DNA of 41,807 nt from positions 1 through 41,807 of the IMG/VR virus record IMGVR_UViG_3300027608_000064. The stretch is one strand, 5' to 3'. Positions 37,140 through 41,807 of the stretch are shown one piece after another. Position 1 is the first letter of the stretch; each line of letters begins with the position of its first letter. Origin of the DNA: a virus (Duplodnaviria > Caudoviricetes). The translations under genes were made by a program, and so were the position numbers. The notes beneath the pieces were generated by a model that saw only the letters and a list, made by a program, of their open reading frames with translations, searched no databases and had not been told where the DNA came from.

Positions 37140-37181
37140 TTAAGGTTTATGAAACTAAGATTCTACTCGAAGTTTCGACCG

Positions 37182-39839
37182 TTATACTTGTAATCCGCCA
37201 ACGGCATTGCGAAAGTCATCCATCTTTTTATTGATGTTATCAAATACGACATTAACCTGTGGTTCAATTTTTTCTTTTATTTTTTCCATTAACAAATTCA
37301 TTATTTCGTCTTTTGGCATTTCAGTTTTAAATGCGTTCTCAATGATAGCGATATCCATCTCATTAACCAAAACTTTTAGATCAATAGGAGATGATAATTT
37401 TTCACTAAGACCCTTTTTAAAGTCTTCTACGGGGTTTTGTCCTGATTCACCAAATAAGTTCTTCATTACCTCTAAGAATGATTCCTTAACTAAAGTTTTA
37501 TCGTACCCTAATCTAATTAAATAGTTTCTTTCTGATCTTATTTCATTAAATGCTAATTTTCTTTCTGATTTACGATTTAAATCGTAGTTATCAATAATAA
37601 AATTAAATTTATTATTCAATATTTTAGATTCTTGGACCATTCTTTTTTTATTATCAGAATGTTCCATTATTACTTTATTAATTGTGTTTGAAAGTCCCAT
37701 ATCTTTACTATAAATATCTCGTTTATTTTTATTTTCCAATCTTAACCCATAATCGTAAGCTTCTCCAGGAGGAGCTAATACAAGTTTAACGTCTTTATTA
37801 TTTGTGATTTTATCACCAAAATCCTTAACACACGCTTGTAGGAAGTTTTTTGTTGGTTGTAAATTATTTCCACTTTTTTTAAGTGTTTCGGGATCAATCT
37901 CTTTTTTATATATTTTTCTTATAATATTAGCATAATCTTTAAACTCCTTTAGACATAACTCTTTGGTTGTTACTTTTGGGTATCTTTTATTTCCTGATTG
38001 TATTGTTTGTAAATAACCTAAATAATCTAATATTTCTGTGTCACTCATTGATAATAAATCGGACGTTTCTGCCCCTGATCCCGGAAGTGAGGATCGACCG
38101 TATTCGTTAGTTTCGGACTTATCAAAATTAATCACGTCACGGTTAAGTGATTTTTGTAATGATTTTGTTGGTTTTAAATTAACCGTAACGGTTGTTACGT
38201 CTTTATTTATTTGATACCCCTCTTTTTTAAAAACAAACCCCTCATTCTCGTTACCATATATAAAAGACAAATCGTATTTTCCGAAAGTAACACCTTTAAT
38301 GTCAAAACTACCCGAATCATCTGATTTTGCCTGAAAGACTTTTGTTTTATCAGTTAAATTCGTTAACCGAATAGAAACGTTAGGTAATGGTGATTTTTCA
38401 AAGTTTTTAGACTTACCTGTTTTTGTACTTTCTAATGACAATGTAAATACAGTGGTCCCCTTAAATGTCGATCCCTTTATTGCTCCGATCGTATTATCCA
38501 CATCTGGTTTAACTTCAGGGGATACGTAATTATCGTGATATTTGAATATGTCGGGTATTGATTTACCATCTCTTAATGTAACCGTTATAACAACACCCTC
38601 TTTTCTTGATGAGGAAAAGAACCCATCGAGTTTCATACCATCATTAAATGTAAATTGACCGTAACCACCAATAGAGGAATCCATAAAGTCACCCTCATAA
38701 CTATTACCGTCACCAAATTTTATTGTACCGAATCGGTCGTTATTGTTACTATCATTTTTTGGTTTACTTTGTATTGTTCCGTCTATCCTACCATCAATAA
38801 AGTTACCCCTATATGACCAAGTCTTATCGTAAAAATCATATTCTGTTGAGTTTTTTAAAGTCCCAAATTTAAATCTATTACCCAGTTTTTCATCCCCAAT
38901 AAAAAAATCGTATTCGGAGTCTTCCGTGTAGTAAAAACCATCAAAATCCCCTCTTTCACCTGTTTCTATACCTTGTAGGATTTTAAACTTATCAAAACAA
39001 CCTCTTTCTATTGTAACTTGTTTTCCGTCAATTTCACCCTTAAATTTCGCCCAACCTAATTCAGGTATTTTAGTTAGGTAACCACGATCAACAGACCCTT
39101 CTTCACCATTAAAAAAGTATTGTTTCAATGAACCACTACCATTACAACCTGGCCAATTTTTTCTTAATTCTTCCGATATCTCAACAACGTTCTCATCGGG
39201 TGTTGCGATAACCTCCGGTTCGTTTTTAATCTCTTCTTGATCACCATTAACAGAAGGGTTATTATGGTAATCTACCAAATCTTCAGTACTAATACTTACA
39301 CCATCATTTTCTTCGGCAGTACCATCAAACACTATTTTAGATTCAAATTCGTCCTGTTTAAATTCACCTGTGTATATTGTCCCATCAGGAAATTTAAATG
39401 TTCCTCGACCATTTGTTCCGTTTGTTCCATAAAATCCTTTGTATGTATATCCACCCATACTATTAGGCCAAAATACAGTAAAATTACCGTCTGATGGTGA
39501 TGGTATTGGTAAAAAATCACCAGTCGTCACATCTGTTATCCACTGACCGTCATAAACAATCCCTGATCTGTGTTTATATAGTCCGTTACCCTCAAATTTA
39601 TCGTCTTTAAAATTTCCGCTAAATATATCTCCACTCTTATATGTTAAAACACCACCACCCTCTCTTTTACTATTTTCAAAAAAACCATCATAAACGTCAC
39701 CATTAGTATACGTTAATACTCCCTTACCGTTAATACAATTACCTTCACAACTGTTTGTCTTTGTTGTTTCATTTAATAGTTTATATTTTTTTAGGATATA
39801 TTGTTTTTCGTCTTCGCTTATTTGTAAATACTTTTTCAT
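37182..39839 (-). CDS. MORN-repeat protein with a prealbumin/carboxypeptidase-regulatory-like domain; putative internal virion protein
   Basis: Repeats G.G.LTY..GD.Y.G.F; PLPNVSIRL...SDDSGSF.I.GVTFGKY.L; leader ISEDEKQYILKKYKLLNE. Confidence 0.75.
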   Translation of the reverse strand: MKKYLQISEDEKQYILKKYKLLNETTKTNSCEGNCINGKGVLTYTNGDVYDGFFENSKREGGGVLTYKSGDIFSGNFKDDKFEGNGLYKHRSGIVYDGQWITDVTTGDFLPIPSPSDGNFTVFWPNSMGGYTYKGFYGTNGTNGRGTFKFPDGTIYTGEFKQDEFESKIVFDGTAEENDGVSISTEDLVDYHNNPSVNGDQEEIKNEPEVIATPDENVVEISEELRKNWPGCNGSGSLKQYFFNGEEGSVDRGYLTKIPELGWAKFKGEIDGKQVTIERGCFDKFKILQGIETGERGDFDGFYYTEDSEYDFFIGDEKLGNRFKFGTLKNSTEYDFYDKTWSYRGNFIDGRIDGTIQSKPKNDSNNNDRFGTIKFGDGNSYEGDFMDSSIGGYGQFTFNDGMKLDGFFSSSRKEGVVITVTLRDGKSIPDIFKYHDNYVSPEVKPDVDNTIGAIKGSTFKGTTVFTLSLESTKTGKSKNFEKSPLPNVSIRLTNLTDKTKVFQAKSDDSGSFDIKGVTFGKYDLSFIYGNENEGFVFKKEGYQINKDVTTVTVNLKPTKSLQKSLNRDVINFDKSETNEYGRSSLPGSGAETSDLLSMSDTEILDYLGYLQTIQSGNKRYPKVTTKELCLKEFKDYANIIRKIYKKEIDPETLKKSGNNLQPTKNFLQACVKDFGDKITNNKDVKLVLAPPGEAYDYGLRLENKNKRDIYSKDMGLSNTINKVIMEHSDNKKRMVQESKILNNKFNFIIDNYDLNRKSERKLAFNEIRSERNYLIRLGYDKTLVKESFLEVMKNLFGESGQNPVEDFKKGLSEKLSSPIDLKVLVNEMDIAIIENAFKTEMPKDEIMNLLMEKIKEKIEPQVNVVFDNINKKMDDFRNAVGGLQV

Positions 39840-39865
39840 TTACAATAAATATTAGGTAAAAATGT

Positions 39866-40732
39866 TTAGTTTGGGGATGACCGATAAATACCTATCTTAC
39901 CCTCAAATTTTTGATCACATTTGTTTATGATGTGTTTTACGATTTTTTCTTGATCCTCTGTTATGTCTGAATCATTCTTGGCTAAATATATTGATCGACA
40001 AAAACCTCTTTTAAGTCCTACCTTTGGTGAGTTTTCTTTTAGTGACTCAAAAAATTCGTGTGTTGCGTTTAACTTATAAATTTTAATTTTATCATTAAAA
40101 ACGGAATTTATATCACTCTCAGTATAGTACTCACTAAAAAACTGGTAAGGTTGTTCTGTTGTCCAACCTTTTGCCATTTTTTCTTTAACCTTTTGTTTTA
40201 TTTTAATAGGTAACTCTTCTAACCCAGAAACCTCATTAGTCTTTAGTGTCTGTATTGCGGTTTCTTCTTTTTTTTTTAACCCTTGTGCAGGGTTTTCACT
40301 TTTTTCTTCTTCCTTATTTGGTCTTTCTTTTTTGTGAAGATCCATATTTGCTAATTGTCTTTTATTGAACGATCCTTTAACTAAAAACCAGTTTCCATCT
40401 GCAGGTCTTGCAACCGACCAAATTTCCATTTCACCTCTCGACTCATTTAAATTTTGTAGTACCTTAGCAAATCCAATTAATTCTGAAGACTCAATTAAAT
40501 GTGCCAAATCTTTTGTAAACATAATTTTTACTATATTTTCGTGGGTATCGATAACTGCTCTTACAAAAGCATCATCCTCATCGTATTTTTTTCTATAATG
40601 GTCTATTCTATCCATTACATCTTCCATATTGATTTTAACGTCTTTATATTCTGCGTTATCCTCATCATAGGATTGAAACTTGAAAGTATCCTTCCAATGT
40701 TTGTAGTTATCTTCGTCAAATCTTTTACTCAT
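39866..40732 (-). CDS. Hypothetical protein
   Basis: 288-aa ORF in the operon. Confidence 0.7.
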   Translation of the reverse strand: MSKRFDEDNYKHWKDTFKFQSYDEDNAEYKDVKINMEDVMDRIDHYRKKYDEDDAFVRAVIDTHENIVKIMFTKDLAHLIESSELIGFAKVLQNLNESRGEMEIWSVARPADGNWFLVKGSFNKRQLANMDLHKKERPNKEEEKSENPAQGLKKKEETAIQTLKTNEVSGLEELPIKIKQKVKEKMAKGWTTEQPYQFFSEYYTESDINSVFNDKIKIYKLNATHEFFESLKENSPKVGLKRGFCRSIYLAKNDSDITEDQEKIVKHIINKCDQKFEGKIGIYRSSPN

Positions 40733-40745
40733 ATTCTATTATTTT

Positions 40746-41807
40746 TTATAGGTCGTTATATTCATTATAAAATTGGTTTAAACTAATAAAAGATAAGTCT
40801 GTTGTTGGTTTTATTTCACCATACGATGGTTTAACCACCGCAACTCCTTGTTTTTCTATATTATTGTCGTTTGTTTTATCTAACACTTTAAATGGATCCC
40901 CTGATGTTTTAGATGCTGTAGTAATAACATATTTCTTACCAGACTTTCCTTGTAGTGCCGCATTTCCAACGGTTTCTATATTAATGGATTTTTCAATATT
41001 ATCGGCATCAATATAATCTTCTTTATTAATCCCTTTAAAATCAGTAAGTCCTTTTGGTATGGATTTTACCTTTATATTACGCAATGCCGTTAAATTCGGT
41101 GTCGGTTCAAATGATAGTCTACCTAATAAAAATTTTTGTTGTTCTACTGTAAGAGTACTATATCCATTATTTTCTAAAAGATTTTTTACGTACGTGTAAT
41201 ATGTTCTGTCTTCCATCGCCTTTTTAGTGTCAACATCAGAATCTGACCAAACCTTGTTAGCTTTAGTATTAGCCTTTTCGACGGCTCCATCATATATCTC
41301 ATCTGTTTTTTCTTTGAATAGTTCTTCACCTGATTTGAGTTCTCCACTACTTTCCTTACGGCTATAATTAATCACACCAACTAAAACGTCAGCAACTGGA
41401 GGAATAAATGCGTCCAAAAGACCATAACCATAACTTTTTACCATCTTATACCATTCAGGGTGACCTTCAAATATGGTATCACCTAATCCCCAACCATAGA
41501 ATGCCCTTGTAAAATTCTCAATCATAGGTCCATCAATAGGGTCAAGATCACCTCCTTGAAAAAAGTTCGCAATAACTTCAAATGCCGACAAAACAAGACC
41601 GACGATTGTGGGTACATAAACATACTTAATTACATATTTTTGTAAAAGATTAGCAACGGCAACATTTTTTCTTCCCGTTAGATTGGTGAATTTGTTAAAT
41701 TCTAAATTATTTTTAGTATACCCATTACGTATAAAATATTCTTCCATCTGTCTCGGACTTCTAAATACGTTAGTAAAAAACCAAGTTTTGGCTCTATCCC
41801 ATAAATC
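40746..41807 (-). CDS. Hypothetical protein, C-terminal part (frame open to the right edge)
   Basis: No stop in the 20 codons upstream of ATG 41747. Contains a hydrophobic segment VYVPTIVGLVLSAFEVIANFF. Confidence 0.7.
   Translation of the reverse strand, partial: DLWDRAKTWFFTNVFRSPRQMEEYFIRNGYTKNNLEFNKFTNLTGRKNVAVANLLQKYVIKYVYVPTIVGLVLSAFEVIANFFQGGDLDPIDGPMIENFTRAFYGWGLGDTIFEGHPEWYKMVKSYGYGLLDAFIPPVADVLVGVINYSRKESSGELKSGEELFKEKTDEIYDGAVEKANTKANKVWSDSDVDTKKAMEDRTYYTYVKNLLENNGYSTLTVEQQKFLLGRLSFEPTPNLTALRNIKVKSIPKGLTDFKGINKEDYIDADNIEKSINIETVGNAALQGKSGKKYVITTASKTSGDPFKVLDKTNDNNIEKQGVAVVKPSYGEIKPTTDLSFISLNQFYNEYNDL

Overview
AT-rich segment of a T4-like jumbo ('huge') phage genome, read in the standard genetic code. 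The host is almost certainly a Bacteroidota (Flavobacteriia-like) bacterium, judged from TAnnTTTG promoters, a Flavobacterium-type bS21, and a Bacteroidota-style lipoprotein and secreted proteins. From left to right the window holds: host-like secreted proteins; a head module (major capsid, scaffold, prohead protease, antisense ribosomal protein bS21, portal, large terminase); an accessory block rich in proteolysis and translation-control genes (nucleotidyltransferase, KTSC, rhomboid, tandem-UVR protein, ClpC, DUF2927, M28 peptidase, tmRNA, lipoprotein, pyrimidine-dimer glycosylase); a mosaic tail-fibre/LamG region; and large putative internal virion proteins. Main findings: (1) clpC is fractured inside its Walker A motif by an atypically split intein (24-aa IntN, 133-aa IntC) with a free-standing endonuclease gene between the halves. 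(2) An intergenic element at about 37.1 kb is complementary to the Bacteroidota 16S rRNA 3' tail and has no downstream start codon, in a phage that encodes bS21, the protein that hides that tail. (3) A tmRNA carries an unusually long tag. (4) A LamG gene is frameshifted at a G9 tract. (5) A strand-specific TATTTAT motif precedes the late genes. All family assignments come from motif recognition by eye; no searches were run.
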